A DNA stretch of 64,000 bases from Tortispora ganteri (Eukaryota), in the NCBI GenBank assembly GCA_003707115.1, contig PPNB01000005.1, positions 124,001 to 188,000 of the forward strand. Direction: 5' to 3'. Every line of letters starts with the position of its first letter. Position 1 is the stretch's first letter. The position numbers and the translations under genes were made by a program. Shown here piece by piece: positions 22,392-33,961 of this stretch. Below the pieces are notes generated by a model that was not told where the DNA came from, made no database searches, and was given only the letters and a program-made list of their open reading frames with translations.

Positions 22392-23859
22392 TTATAAAGT
22401 TGACCCGGCAGAATCTGGAGTAACTGAAACTCCTTCATTAGAAGCAGACACAGAAGAATCACTAGCAACCGCTGAAGTGACTCCGTCTGATTCAACCTCT
22501 TCAATGTTATCTTGATCTTGCACTTCCTCGACTTTTCCACTAGTAGTATCATCCACATGCCAATATCCGTTATTACCATCGTCACTTTCGTCATTTAATG
22601 AGCCTGTTAGAGCGGAAAGATCACCATCTAGAAACAAGCTTTGAATACGCGACGCAGCGTCTAGTCCCATAGGTGTAGCAAAAAATCCCGCTCTGCCTGG
22701 AAGACCCAGTCTAATACCCATTGAATTATCAGGCGACTCCGCGTGGCCAGTGAAATCATGTACAACAGGCTCTATTGTTTCAAGCGAAGCAGCAGGGCCA
22801 TCATTAGCCTCAACACGCTCTTTAACCATCTGATACCATTCTGATATAGTGTGGCCTTGAAGCAGGGCGACGATCACTATTGTCATATTGTCGCATCCAT
22901 TTCCAGATAAGTCAGAAGCCGGAGCCAGACAATTGTTCATAATATTTTCACATATTTTTTCCAGGTCTTGGCCTTCGGCCACTGAGCGGCGCACAAATTC
23001 CACGACTTGCTGGTTGGTCATACAATCCCATATACCGTCACATGCCAGAACGACAAACTCGTCGTCGGCTGTTATAGTATGTTCGATAATTTCAGGTACA
23101 GCAGATACAATTTGCTCTTCAGGGGGTAAATTGGCAGATCTTTTGAACGAGAAGTCACCGAGAGCTCTGGAGAGGGCAAGGTTGCCGTTTACACGACCGC
23201 TTTCGACCCAGCCGCCTGCGCGGTCGATGCGGAGTTTCTCAAACTCGTTTTGCGGTTTGTGGTCGAAAGAGAGCGGTTTAGCATATCCACGACTACCTAG
23301 CACGGTGCGAGAATCGCCGGCATTAGCGGCGCAAATTAGCGTGTCGGAGAGTAGAATGGACGTCGCCGTGCACCCGGAAGGGTCATTCTCTAATTGCGGG
23401 TAATTTAGTAGAGAGCGGTCGCAGCTTAGATAACTGTCCTTTAGCGCTTGCGGATAATCCTTTGCCGCTAGAGCGGGTTGTTCAGCCAGCAAATCATGCA
23501 AGTTTTTCCCAGCAAACTCCGCAGTAGAGGAGCCACCATGACCGTCGTAAACGGCAAAAAAGCTCAAATGTTCTGGAGATTCGTTGTTCTTATTCACAAG
23601 ATTCAAAATTGCGGCGTGAGCATCTTCCATTGACACACGCCATCCTTGCATGCTAGATACACCATAAGCTACGCGTTTGTCGGAGCCAGACTCAGATTCC
23701 TGTCAATGTTAGTATTCTTGAAGTGTGCGCGTGAGTGCTTTTGTGGAGGTAGGCGGTTTCATCTAAGATTGATCTTTCGCATATCCACGTACTCAAACAG
23801 TTCTACAACAGTCTACTACTTACTTTCTCCGTTATGGGCTCACTTAACACCTGACCCAT
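22392..23859 (-). CDS. PTC2: PP2C protein phosphatase, Ptc2/Ptc3 type; exons 23859-23824 and 23699-22392
   Basis: Spliced N-terminus MGQVLSEPITEK|ESESGSDKRVAYGVSSMQGWRVSMEDAH; DGHGG, LSRALGD, LACDGIWD, GCDNMT motifs. Confidence 0.93.
23700..23823 (-). other. Spliceosomal intron of PTC2 (124 nt)
   Basis: GTAAGT ... TACTAAC-ATTGACAG; the phase-0 join restores the conserved PP2C N-terminus missing from the ORF track. Confidence 0.92.
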
Positions 23860-24124
23860 AGTAATACTTATTCGAATTTTTCCTCGATTGTTTGGATTTT
23901 TTCCTTCTCGTGCAAGGTGTCGCTATCTGGGTTGTTGTTTTTTTCTTTGATGTTGCCAGGGGCGGGGGCGGGGTCTTCTGGTTTCGTTGGGACATCATTG
24001 TCTGCTGCTTTGTGAAGTTGACCGGGCATAGAAATCAGCCGGCCCATTTGACTTCTCCAGGGCAATCAAGATCGCAAAAATATATATAAAATAATCAGGC
24101 AATTGCTAGAGAATCAAATAATCG

Positions 24125-25849
24125 TTAGAATGTAAAAATATTACACACCCCGCGGATGTACAGCCGCCCTGATATCAGTACTATGGTCATGTAGATCATG
24201 TGCTCGGGAGGGTCTTTAAACAGCACTGACTGCTTGTCAACGTATACTTCTGTGCCAGAATCGCGCAGTCGAGCAATCCCGTCCCGGAAACTCGTCTCGT
24301 GGCACATATATCCAATTTTAAGGCAATTAATAACCTTACGCGACTTTTCCTTTGCCTTGCTTCCATGTGTCGCAAACGGGTTCTTGCTGGTTTGGCAATC
24401 GATAAGCTCACAAAGTTTCTGGTATATTCTTTCTGCTCTCACTAGAATATTGAATTCCAAGTCGTTATCTGCTGCCCATTTGCGTCCAAAGTCGCTCAAT
24501 TTAGATTTCGGATGGTATGCCACAAACACATTCAGCCAAGTCAGCGGATCACCCTCAGAAGCCTTGAATTGCGTAATCGCCGTTCTTTTCGTGAACAAAG
24601 ACGTAGATTTTTCTTCTAAAGCCTGCGACATAGCTAAAACAGCGCACACTTCGTGCTCAACTTCTTCCTCTATGGCCCTCAAAATGGTTGTTCCTTCCAT
24701 AGTATTCAGACCGAGCGCAGTCACTTTCCTGCCAAATGAGGTGACTTGGCAGTTAGAGTCAATAGATTCGGTGCTGCGCAGGTATCCCAAGGCATGTGCC
24801 ACTCCAGAAGCCGGCAGTCTGTAATCTTTGAAGTTCGATACATCGAGCAAGCGGAGTACAAGCACATGGTCGTAGAGCGGACCTGAGATAGTAGGTTCGG
24901 TCAAGCGGCCAGACGACGGCGTATACAGACGAAAGCACTGACCAACTACTTTATCCGTAGTAATAGAATATGTTCGCAAAAACTCTTCGTCCGGGGTTGT
25001 AGGTGTAGTGACCATAGCGGGACAGTTATCTATAAAGTCAAACTGTTGCCTAAGTGCGGTGCCGCAATCAATTACGGCAACCACATTAGCGGGAAGAATT
25101 TGTCTTTGAGGCACTCCAGTGGTTACCAGTATGGTTTTGTGAGTATAAAAATCGGTGTCTAACAGCAAGGAAGCCGTAGCGTTAGTAAGGGAAGGAAGCA
25201 CCTGGAGCAAAGAAATGCGGGGCCCGCATTGTTTTGAGAGCACAGCAGATATCTGATGTGCGGATTCTTCATCAGCAACGAGTACGAGTACTGTACAAGG
25301 ATCATAATTTTCAGCAAACAAAGTTGATACCGCACGAGCGGCTAGAAGACACTGCTGAGTGTTCGAGACGTTGGTATTTAGACTGGTAATACGCACAGGT
25401 AGTGGGAACGGCGGTATTTGGAGCACGTTGTCTGTTTTGAGTAAATTAGCAGTTTCTAGTACCACAGGGGCAGAGCTTGAGAGTATGAGAACTTTGAAGC
25501 TGCAGAAAGTGGGATGATTAAGGAGTTTCAGAAGGAGAAGCGTCGACAGGGTGCGTTGCTGCGCTTCGTCGATGATGAGCAAATTCATTTTGGGGGCGTT
25601 TGAGCACATAGCAAAACAGAAAGCGGTGTCGTGCATGTAGCGCAAGTAACGAGATTCAGCAGAGGACTGTAGAATGTGAGATCGTTGGAGATTAGGCTGA
25701 GTGCATATGACAGGGGCGAGAGTAGTTGACGCAAATGCGTGCGGGATTCTGGATGATTTGCCGAAACCCGGCGGGGCGACAAGGAAAGTAATTCGATTTG
25801 AATATACACGATAGATCAAATTGTTTATAGTTTCATTATACGAGATCAT
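24125..25849 (-). CDS. Divergent DEAH-box RNA helicase-like protein (DHX35/Gih35-like) with degenerate catalytic motifs
   Basis: Walker [35 protein letters not shown]2/OB-like segments [11 protein letters not shown] and QSVLF. First ATG is 25849. Confidence 0.72.
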   Translation of the reverse strand: MISYNETINNLIYRVYSNRITFLVAPPGFGKSSRIPHAFASTTLAPVICTQPNLQRSHILQSSAESRYLRYMHDTAFCFAMCSNAPKMNLLIIDEAQQRTLSTLLLLKLLNHPTFCSFKVLILSSSAPVVLETANLLKTDNVLQIPPFPLPVRITSLNTNVSNTQQCLLAARAVSTLFAENYDPCTVLVLVADEESAHQISAVLSKQCGPRISLLQVLPSLTNATASLLLDTDFYTHKTILVTTGVPQRQILPANVVAVIDCGTALRQQFDFIDNCPAMVTTPTTPDEEFLRTYSITTDKVVGQCFRLYTPSSGRLTEPTISGPLYDHVLVLRLLDVSNFKDYRLPASGVAHALGYLRSTESIDSNCQVTSFGRKVTALGLNTMEGTTILRAIEEEVEHEVCAVLAMSQALEEKSTSLFTKRTAITQFKASEGDPLTWLNVFVAYHPKSKLSDFGRKWAADNDLEFNILVRAERIYQKLCELIDCQTSKNPFATHGSKAKEKSRKVINCLKIGYMCHETSFRDGIARLRDSGTEVYVDKQSVLFKDPPEHMIYMTIVLISGRLYIRGVCNIFTF

Positions 25850-26217
25850 TGCGAAGACTGATGTTTTGGTGGTTTTTCGTATGAGTTTGGGGAAGGCGGT
25901 CTGTGGTTGCAATTGTGCTTTGAGCAGTCTTCTTCGTCACTAGAGCTAGAATCGCTATCTGAACTACTGGAGTCTTCGTCTGAACTCTCGTCAAAAGCTT
26001 TCGGACGATGATATATGCAACAGATCTTACTTTTCTTCTTGTTGAGATGCTCGTTGTCTACGATATCTTCGACCCAGCGGACAGTTCTTCTTGACGGAGT
26101 GTCTTCCGCTTGCTGTTGTTGCTGTTGATGCGTTTCACCTGTCAAATGCAATTGCCTAGGTTGTTCGATTTGTGTTTGAGTGCTTGAATGGTCATGAACA
26201 AGGCGATTTTGCGCCAT
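25846..26217 (-). CDS. YPI1: PP1 regulator Ypi1 (inhibitor-3/PPP1R11)
   Basis: RTVRW (RVxW PP1-docking motif), [18 protein letters not shown], acidic Ser tract, SPNSYEK. Likely start ATG 26217; an in-frame ATG also lies at 26295. Confidence 0.93.
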   Translation of the reverse strand: MAQNRLVHDHSSTQTQIEQPRQLHLTGETHQQQQQQAEDTPSRRTVRWVEDIVDNEHLNKKKSKICCIYHRPKAFDESSDEDSSSSDSDSSSSDEEDCSKHNCNHRPPSPNSYEKPPKHQSSQ

Positions 26218-26403
26218 CTGGTATGTGTCAAGAGAGTAGTGGAGTGACAAGTGGGATGCAGGTGGGTGGATAAGGGGTTCCCAGTCATCAAACATTAGCC
26301 TGTAGTTTTAAAAACCTATCATAATTTGTGATTCTCCTTTCAAGTACATCAAATAAGTATTTTGGCAAGTAGGTTTGGCTGCTATAACAGCTAAATATTA
26401 AAC

Positions 26404-26979
26404 ATGCTTGCACCACCTGACTTGTTCGGAATGGTCGAGAACTCATTGTATCGATGCGCGGTGGTAGAACCGGTCAACTTTGCGTTCCTGAACACTCTCG
26501 AACTCAAGATGATCTTATACTTCAATCAGGAAAAACCATCTAAACATCTCACCGGATTTATGCAGGAACATCACATCGAGCTTGGAAAGTTCGGCCTGAG
26601 GCCCTGGCGTTCGATAGCTGAAGATTGGAAAGTACTCCGCGACGATGTCATACAAGATGCTCTTTCCTTCATACTCGATTCTTCTAAATACCCTATACTA
26701 ATTATCGATTCGACCTGCACATTCGTTGGAGTTTTAAGAAAACTACAGCACTGGTCATACACTTCAATCGTGGCAGAGTATCGTATAATGAACGGCTCAA
26801 AATCGCACTACTGGAACGAACTATATTTAGAGATGACTCACATTGACATCGACTGCCAGGGACGAGTCGTCATCGGCAACAGAAACGCATTCGAACTGCC
26901 GAAAAACCTTCCCGATTGGTTTAGGTACCAGCTAGACTTGTGGAATGCCGACAAGCAAGCCCTCATTGAGGATTCGTGA
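26404..26979 (+). CDS. OCA4: Oca4-like Siw14-family pseudo-phosphatase
   Basis: MLAPPDLFGMVENSLYRC, NFAFLNTLELK, GVLRKLQHW...EYR; no HCx5R catalytic motif. Confidence 0.78.
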   Translation: MLAPPDLFGMVENSLYRCAVVEPVNFAFLNTLELKMILYFNQEKPSKHLTGFMQEHHIELGKFGLRPWRSIAEDWKVLRDDVIQDALSFILDSSKYPILIIDSTCTFVGVLRKLQHWSYTSIVAEYRIMNGSKSHYWNELYLEMTHIDIDCQGRVVIGNRNAFELPKNLPDWFRYQLDLWNADKQALIEDS

Positions 26980-27126
26980 CCTACATTAGATGACATTCAC
27001 AGAAATACACTCTCGTATTCGGTCCTGAAGTGATTAATAGCGGCAATACCTTTGCGCATTTGGTCGCGATTGTTATATATGCTTTTGCTTCTTATCCTGT
27101 ATAGATTGTTTCGTGGGGTTTCTGCC

Positions 27127-28359
27127 TTACTTGGGTCGCTCCTCGGTATCAATATGCCAAACCACATAGTTCGGCAGACCGACAACTCTGTAGCCAGCAC
27201 GTTTAGCCATTTTAGCAAACCCTTCAGTCTCAGCTTGATTTTCAAAAGCATAGCTAGGAAAATTAATGCCGGCACGATGAAGGTCAGCCTTAACCATTAT
27301 AATGACACCACCAACACCATCTAGTTCTATTTCTTCCGACTGATCTGCGCGCCAGTCGCCCATGCGACACATGTACGTGCGGTCCGTTTTGATTTTGTCA
27401 GGATAACCCTCAGCAATGATGAAATCTCTGTCGAGATGCTTTTGTAACTCTAGAGCGGTCTCACTCTCGATCCAGGCATTATAGTCATATCTTCCTTCAA
27501 TGTCTTTGCCGTTGCGATATCTGTGGAACCAAATATTTGGTACGACTATATCAGTATCGTGGCTGGTAAGGTCTTCAATAATGGTTGCTGGGCTTTCGAC
27601 AATATCGACATCTCTCCAAAGTACCCATGAGTGGTCATATAAGAGCGTAGAGTAGAGAAGAAAGTTTCGAGCTTTAGCCATAGCCTTGCGACGTACGCCT
27701 TGAAACTCATAGGCGTGTCTCTCTTCGACATCCTCAGTCTGTCCAATAACACCGAAATCTTTGTATATTGTTATAAAGTTTCTGAAGCGTTTTGAGCTTT
27801 GTTGGATTCTTTTTATTTCGAGGGCTAGCACTGCTTTAGTTTCATCAGAAGAGTCAGAGACAAGAAAACCAATGTCAATTAATTCATGTGGGTATGTGAT
27901 TTGCGAGATTAATTCGAAATATTTTGCTAGGTAAGGCACAGCGTCTTTCAGTGGAGTAAGGATAAGTACTTTCTCTTCGTAAGATTTTGCCTGAGCAGAG
28001 GCAGTTAAATTATTTAGGTCGTATATGGCGGCTGCGTAGTCGTTGACATTGCCGATCACTATAGGTCGCGAAGGATTGTAGACGACAGGCGAGTTTGACC
28101 TAAATCCTGCAGCAAGCAGGCTGGGATCAACATCCAGCGGCGACATACCTATACCGGTGCAATAGTAATCACCTTTCCTATTGATTATTGTTATAGCAAG
28201 AAATGTACAACAAAGAGATGTTATTATGCAGGTTAAAAGGATCGACGAGCTTGCGATTCTGCATGCGAGCAGGTAAATACGAGCGAGCAGTTGCGATATT
28301 GGCGACTTCTCGATTTTCTTAGTAATAGTCCCTATTTTCCCCGGTATCGAGAATCTCAT
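27127..28359 (-). CDS. Anp1/Van1/Mnn9-family (GT62) mannan polymerase subunit
   Basis: TM anchor, VLILTPLKDA, TYPHELIDIGFLVSDS, WRDVDI (DxD), LDGVGG, ETEGFAKMAKRAGY. Confidence 0.9.
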   Translation of the reverse strand: MRFSIPGKIGTITKKIEKSPISQLLARIYLLACRIASSSILLTCIITSLCCTFLAITIINRKGDYYCTGIGMSPLDVDPSLLAAGFRSNSPVVYNPSRPIVIGNVNDYAAAIYDLNNLTASAQAKSYEEKVLILTPLKDAVPYLAKYFELISQITYPHELIDIGFLVSDSSDETKAVLALEIKRIQQSSKRFRNFITIYKDFGVIGQTEDVEERHAYEFQGVRRKAMAKARNFLLYSTLLYDHSWVLWRDVDIVESPATIIEDLTSHDTDIVVPNIWFHRYRNGKDIEGRYDYNAWIESETALELQKHLDRDFIIAEGYPDKIKTDRTYMCRMGDWRADQSEEIELDGVGGVIIMVKADLHRAGINFPSYAFENQAETEGFAKMAKRAGYRVVGLPNYVVWHIDTEERPK

Positions 28360-31300
28360 TTTGCCTACAGTTGAAAATGGCGAACTTGCAAGGAACGACA
28401 AGGTAGTATATTCACCCTTTCGTGGATATTCCTCGTATGACCTGAAAAATCTACAGAGGGTTAAGGATGATTAAGGTGTGAAAGTTTGAGTGTGTCAAGT
28501 GCTCCCTTTATCTCTATCTAGCCGCTTGCTGGATGGACCGCCTTCCCACCTTTGTGTAGCCGTGCAACGCAGTTGAGAAATAATGCACATATACCACAAC
28601 AAATTTCAATAGTTAGATCACAAAATATCAGTTTCTGGGAGCCTCGTACGCCAATGGTCGATGTTAATGATCATAAAGTCGTTACTCTCGTGATCACTTG
28701 CAGCGCGCTCCTCCCCAGCAACCAACATATGATCAGATCTCGCACCAGCTATCGAAAGGCTAATGAATTAGATGCAACGGGATATATTTCGTTTTGGTCG
28801 GTATTTTCAGCTGACATCCAGTTGGAGCCTAGTCCACTATTACCGCTGCATTATACGGTGTTGATAGAGTTTTGCAGCGGAAGAGATAGGTGATTGGACG
28901 TGATACGGCTATAGGGGGCACGCAAAGGCTAGGCAAGAGCACATTATGAAGCCTTGTTGTTCTATTCCAGTGGCTGTAATAATACGGCAACAAACAGATT
29001 AAACTCTCGCAGTAGCGGTTCTAGATTTATACACTGGATCGTCCAGCAGTGTAAGCATCAATATCAATTTATCACTCTCGAGGAAGTTAGCGACACCAGA
29101 AAAACTGTATTACCACTAAGGTTTCAGAATCAACTTTATTTGCTCGAGGAGTCAGGTTCAGTAGTGCAAAAACAGCACTAAAAAATGGGTAAGAAAATAA
29201 AGAAACATGCGAAATAAAATGCAGCAGACAACAGGTCGAGACTTGTAGGAAGCACTGTGATCAGGTGTGCCGAAAGACGTGATGCAGACTCAGTTAATTA
29301 GAGTGACGAATAGCTAATGAGCAGCGACTATCGATCCCAAGGTTACGCAATCACGATACCGAAATTAGAAGTCAAGTCAGTAAGGGCGGCCGTGAGAGCA
29401 AGACCATGCCGTTCGCAGGAATATATAACAAGAAATACGGTTTTGCAGTGCTATCACGGGCAATTGGTGTAATGTTCGCGGCGGTCGATGTCAGTAGATA
29501 CAAAGCTTACATATCCAACAAACCCCAATTCCGGGCATTGGACTGCAGCCGATTAGTAGAGTAGTAGCAACAGCAGCTGCAGCAGCAATCAAAATAGAGT
29601 CCGGAGCATGATTGTGCCAAGTGTCGGGAATAAGCTTATATTGAGATACTTACACTGTTATGCATTTTTCAGAGAGTTAAGTTTGCACTTTAATTTCAGT
29701 GAGGTTAGCTTGGCAAAAGCGATGTGAAATGAAATTAGCCAAAATTCAAAGGCGCAATTTTAATAAATAGAAAATGAGGAGCTTTTTACGCGGTTAAAAT
29801 TATGAGATAGCGAGCGATGAGATCATAAACGAAGACTGCGGTAGCTGGTCAAAATCTTGAATCCCAAGAAGTTTGGATGCGCAATATTGCGCGCGATTGA
29901 GGCGGCTAAGAAAAAAAGCGTGTTTGTAGCGAATGGAAAATGTCAAAAGGATTAGCGGCGCACGGAACAAAAGAGGTCCAAAAAAAGAAAAAAAAAGAAA
30001 ACAAAAAAACAGGAAGGAAGCGCGTCAAAGTGACTTATTTTGCACGTTTTCACAACCTGGCCGTTCCATAAGCGGCCAGCAGTTTCCGCATTAGATATGG
30101 GTATGTACACCAAGCTTTTCTTTATTTCTATTGCGATTGAAATTTGTTTTCAGGCGGATATTTTGTTGCAAGAATTCCTTGTTTGAGTGACGTAGATTTT
30201 CCATAAGCGCTCAACAACAGAAGCGGGGATAAATGGGCGGCATATGTGGTAGGTACATACAGGCTTATGATATTAGTGTTTTAATGAACTTTTACGCGTT
30301 ATGCACGTTTAAACATCAAATACTATTTTGAGCAAGGCACTATTATATGAAAGAAAAGGCTAAATAGGTGCGAAACGGTAAAAGATAGAAGCCAAATACA
30401 AGAAAAAAGACGCGACTTGCATAAAGTTTTACTGCGTGTTAAGTTAGGGTAAGGGTTTTTACTTTTTACGGTTACATTTGGCTCTAATAATTGTTGCAGG
30501 TAAGCGGAGCGGAAGCAATTTTTTTCGAATACCACGAGTACCACGAGTGACGCAAAATGTGGTGATGCTTATGAAGGTCGTTATAGTCTAGGCGGAGATA
30601 ATCGCGATTTTACCTGAGGGCGTAAACGCCAAAAATATGGCGCAAAAGTTGACGACAAGACGATAACTGGTCTCGGTAATAGATAGGAAAGTACTAAAAG
30701 CGACTGCTTTGGCGTATTGGAGATAGAGTTTTCTTGCTATTAAAGGTTGAGCGTGATAGAGTTTCGGTTTTTTCTTTTATGAGGGCTTTGGTTTAACAGG
30801 TGTGGATACAAAAAAAAAGCAGTAATGTTAGGCCTACAAAATATCTAGAGCATTTCCGGCAGACCAGCCTAGACCTTTATGCACGCATGCTAACATAACT
30901 TTGAATCTAGTGTTTTTTTGCTACTTCTTCGGATAAAAATAGACCATACAGCTTATGAGCGGGCAAAAATATTGCAATCAATTGATATCGATAAGTCTTC
31001 AATTAGAACTTAAGTAGTTTATTGATAATCGACTATTATTGTCTATAGTCCTCTTGTAATGAGTTCATTACCAAATCGATTTGACCTAGACTTGCTTGAC
31101 TAGACCAATCCGCGCGTAAACACGAGTAATTTAGCTCGAGATATATTAACTCTGGTGCCTTAGCTTTGCTATTCGCTATCCAATACAAGTTCCGGGCACT
31201 TTAGCATAGCTTCTTTATTTGCACTACCGATTAGTTTAGTTAACTAGCACCTAATAGAACCCCTTGCTATATTACTACAATTATCAAATTTAGCCTGACC

Positions 31301-31541
31301 TGCTTTTGTTACTGTATATTATTCTTAGTGGTTTGATTGCGGCCTACCGATTTTTTCACGTTACATTCTTTCACGCTACGCACAAATCCATATTATCCTC
31401 AGGTCTTTCTCACTATAAGGTTTCTTTATAGTACTCTTATTGGTTTACTGCAACTAATTTATCTATTTTAGGCAATTTTAAACTTTCTGCTCTCTACTGA
31501 TTTTAGATTAATACCTAATACACACAACATACAAGAACTAT

Positions 31542-31559
31542 TATATATATATATATAAA
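31542..31559 (+). repeat. (TA)8 microsatellite ending in TATAAA; candidate TATA box of the C2H2 gene
   Basis: TATATATATATATATAAA read directly. Confidence 0.6.
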
Positions 31560-32265
31560 TCTCACACCTGTGGTGCGTGTATCTTGTTCCTTTTTTTCCC
31601 TGTATCATCAGATATATTCAATTGCGAATATCTTTCTCGATTGCTGAAGTATCTTGTCTCAATACTAGGCGTTCTATATCAATATCTAGAAAGCCTTTCA
31701 TTTTCCGTTTCGCGGCTTAGCAATTCTTATCCGAGCCGAACCTCGCGGCTCGTACAAGAAGAAAAACACCGTGTAGTGTCACGCACAGAGCTTTATTCTC
31801 TAGCCTCTTTCGACATTCGCCATCCTTATCATTGCTATTGCAACAAAGACCGCTTAAACGAGAGTTTTCTTGCTTTTTGTTCGTTCCAACTTGTCTTTCT
31901 TTTTACTATTCGGACAATTTTATCCCGCTTCTTGCGTATCTATCTATCCAAACTGTATCACATTCGCACCAAGAAGGCCTAAAATTATACCACCACTACC
32001 TTGCCGATCGATTACACCTGAACTTTCTTTTTACTTTTTTTAGCCATATTAACTTTTTGGCACGGAAACCTTATTAGGAATTTAAATTTTTTCCTCACAC
32101 CAGAAGAACCCTGCGAGTATTTATCTTGACTTTATCTCTCGATTTTGCTCACTATTTCTTCTTAATTTCTTTTCTTTCTTTTTCTATCTGGTCATTCGTC
32201 ATTTTTGTAAGTGACTTGCTTCACGCTCAGCACCACATTGTCCTTCTTTGACCGTTCAGAAAACT

Positions 32266-33669
32266 ATGTCTCCTCAATTGCAACAGCACACTAGACATAT
32301 GTCTTTGGCTGACCTTTCGATGACTTGCCCTCCTACACCAGGAACAACCCATTGTTGCGATCCTAACATCCTCTCAACTCCTGTTACTCCTCTTGAACAG
32401 CGTCCAATGCGCAGCCTATCGTGTGATTTTTTTTCGCACTCAACTAGCATATCGGACTTCTGCACTCCTGACTTGACTCCAGATATCTTCAAGGATCTTA
32501 CTGTCGATGACACCACTCACGACTCGTCTTCCTCGTCATTCTTTCCCGATATCGACGCTAGCTCTCCTCTTGTCTATGTTGGCGGCTCGTCAGACTTCCT
32601 CACCACGCCTTCGCACTTCGCAACGAACGATATCGCTCCGCCTACACCCTTCGAGTCTCACCCGACTTTGCTTTTCCAAGATTTCGTCTTCGACCAGAAC
32701 CGCGACTCGTTTATGAACGACATCTCATTCAACACAGCACCACCTTTGAGCAGATCTACTTCTGCATCCTGTGTACCCACTCTCCGCTCCAAGAAAATTG
32801 GCAAACACAGTCGACATAAGGCAAGTCTCCAAATGACTAGGACCGAAACTGAACCCCTTCCTGGCCTAACCCGTGTCGGTAATAGACCTGCTGCTATGCG
32901 TTCCAGTTCGTTCGCTGCCCCAGAAGGTTCTAACCCTTTCTACACCCCTACTTTCCTGGCCTCTTCGCCTTCTTCTCCAAAGTCTCGCGCTTCGGTAGCC
33001 GCCTCACCCGCCGTGTGTAAACGCTCTCACCGCAGAACTAAGAGCAAAACTGTACCAGCTTCCCCTTTACTGGGCGCAAGCTTAGAAGAAGTTGTCAATC
33101 GCCAACGAAAAGGCGGATCATTCTCCTCAACTGTCTCTTCAGTCCCCTCTTTGACTTCTGCTTCTTCTGATACTTCAGGTATGAGCCCCGTGTCGCTAGG
33201 TTCTTCTGTCTCTTTTACTGACGAGCAGCCCATTGTGCTTTCACTGGATGATAAGCCTAAGGCAGCGATGGCGGCTTCTTTAGCCTTGCAACTTTCTGCT
33301 ATTAACGATTCTGATGATGAGGCTTCTGGCAAGCCTATCTCCTCCAGATCTCACAGATCCAAAGATGTCCACGATGCTGTGGCTGGTTCTACCCGCACTC
33401 GAGCTACACGCGCTGCTGCAAGAGTTTCGCGTGTAGAAGTTGATCCGTCCGAAGACAAACCTCATGCATGTACTGTATGCAATCGCAGCTTCAAGCGCCA
33501 GGAACATTTGCGCAGACATATGCGTACCCACACTGACGAGCGTCCTTTCTCTTGTGATGTTCCTGGTTGCAACAGACGTTTCGGTCGCTCCGATAACCTC
33601 AGAGCACACAAACGTACTCACTTAAAGCCCGGATCCAGAAACGGATTCTTCAAGGACTTGGTGGTATAA
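32266..33669 (+). CDS. C2H2 zinc-finger transcription factor with Msn2/Mhy1/BrlA-type recognition helices
   Basis: Two C-terminal fingers: CTVC...[10 protein letters not shown]...H and CDVPGC...[10 protein letters not shown]...H; long Ser/Pro-rich region. Confidence 0.85.
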   Translation: MSPQLQQHTRHMSLADLSMTCPPTPGTTHCCDPNILSTPVTPLEQRPMRSLSCDFFSHSTSISDFCTPDLTPDIFKDLTVDDTTHDSSSSSFFPDIDASSPLVYVGGSSDFLTTPSHFATNDIAPPTPFESHPTLLFQDFVFDQNRDSFMNDISFNTAPPLSRSTSASCVPTLRSKKIGKHSRHKASLQMTRTETEPLPGLTRVGNRPAAMRSSSFAAPEGSNPFYTPTFLASSPSSPKSRASVAASPAVCKRSHRRTKSKTVPASPLLGASLEEVVNRQRKGGSFSSTVSSVPSLTSASSDTSGMSPVSLGSSVSFTDEQPIVLSLDDKPKAAMAASLALQLSAINDSDDEASGKPISSRSHRSKDVHDAVAGSTRTRATRAAARVSRVEVDPSEDKPHACTVCNRSFKRQEHLRRHMRTHTDERPFSCDVPGCNRRFGRSDNLRAHKRTHLKPGSRNGFFKDLVV

Positions 33670-33961
33670 AAAACTAGTCTTCTCGCTTCAGCTGATCAGA
33701 AAAAGAAAAATGCGCAATTGCGAAGCATCTTCGACTCACAGCCACTCACATACACGCACATAAAGTCATGTGCAAAACGATATAGATGAACAATAAGAAA
33801 TGGGTATGGTCACAATAGTATATACGCTTATGATCTTTTAACAATATGATATCAGTGTCATCAATAAGTGATTCTCTAGATGTATTTTACATGGCCGAAC
33901 AGATCGGCTGGAACTGCGACCGTGAATTGCGATCCGCGCCAGGGTTGCGGGTCTAATTTTG

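Noticed and set aside
31584..31982. 132-codon TTG-started ORF in the C2H2 leader
   Set aside because: No ATG; Phe/Leu/Ser composition expected from T-rich noncoding DNA.
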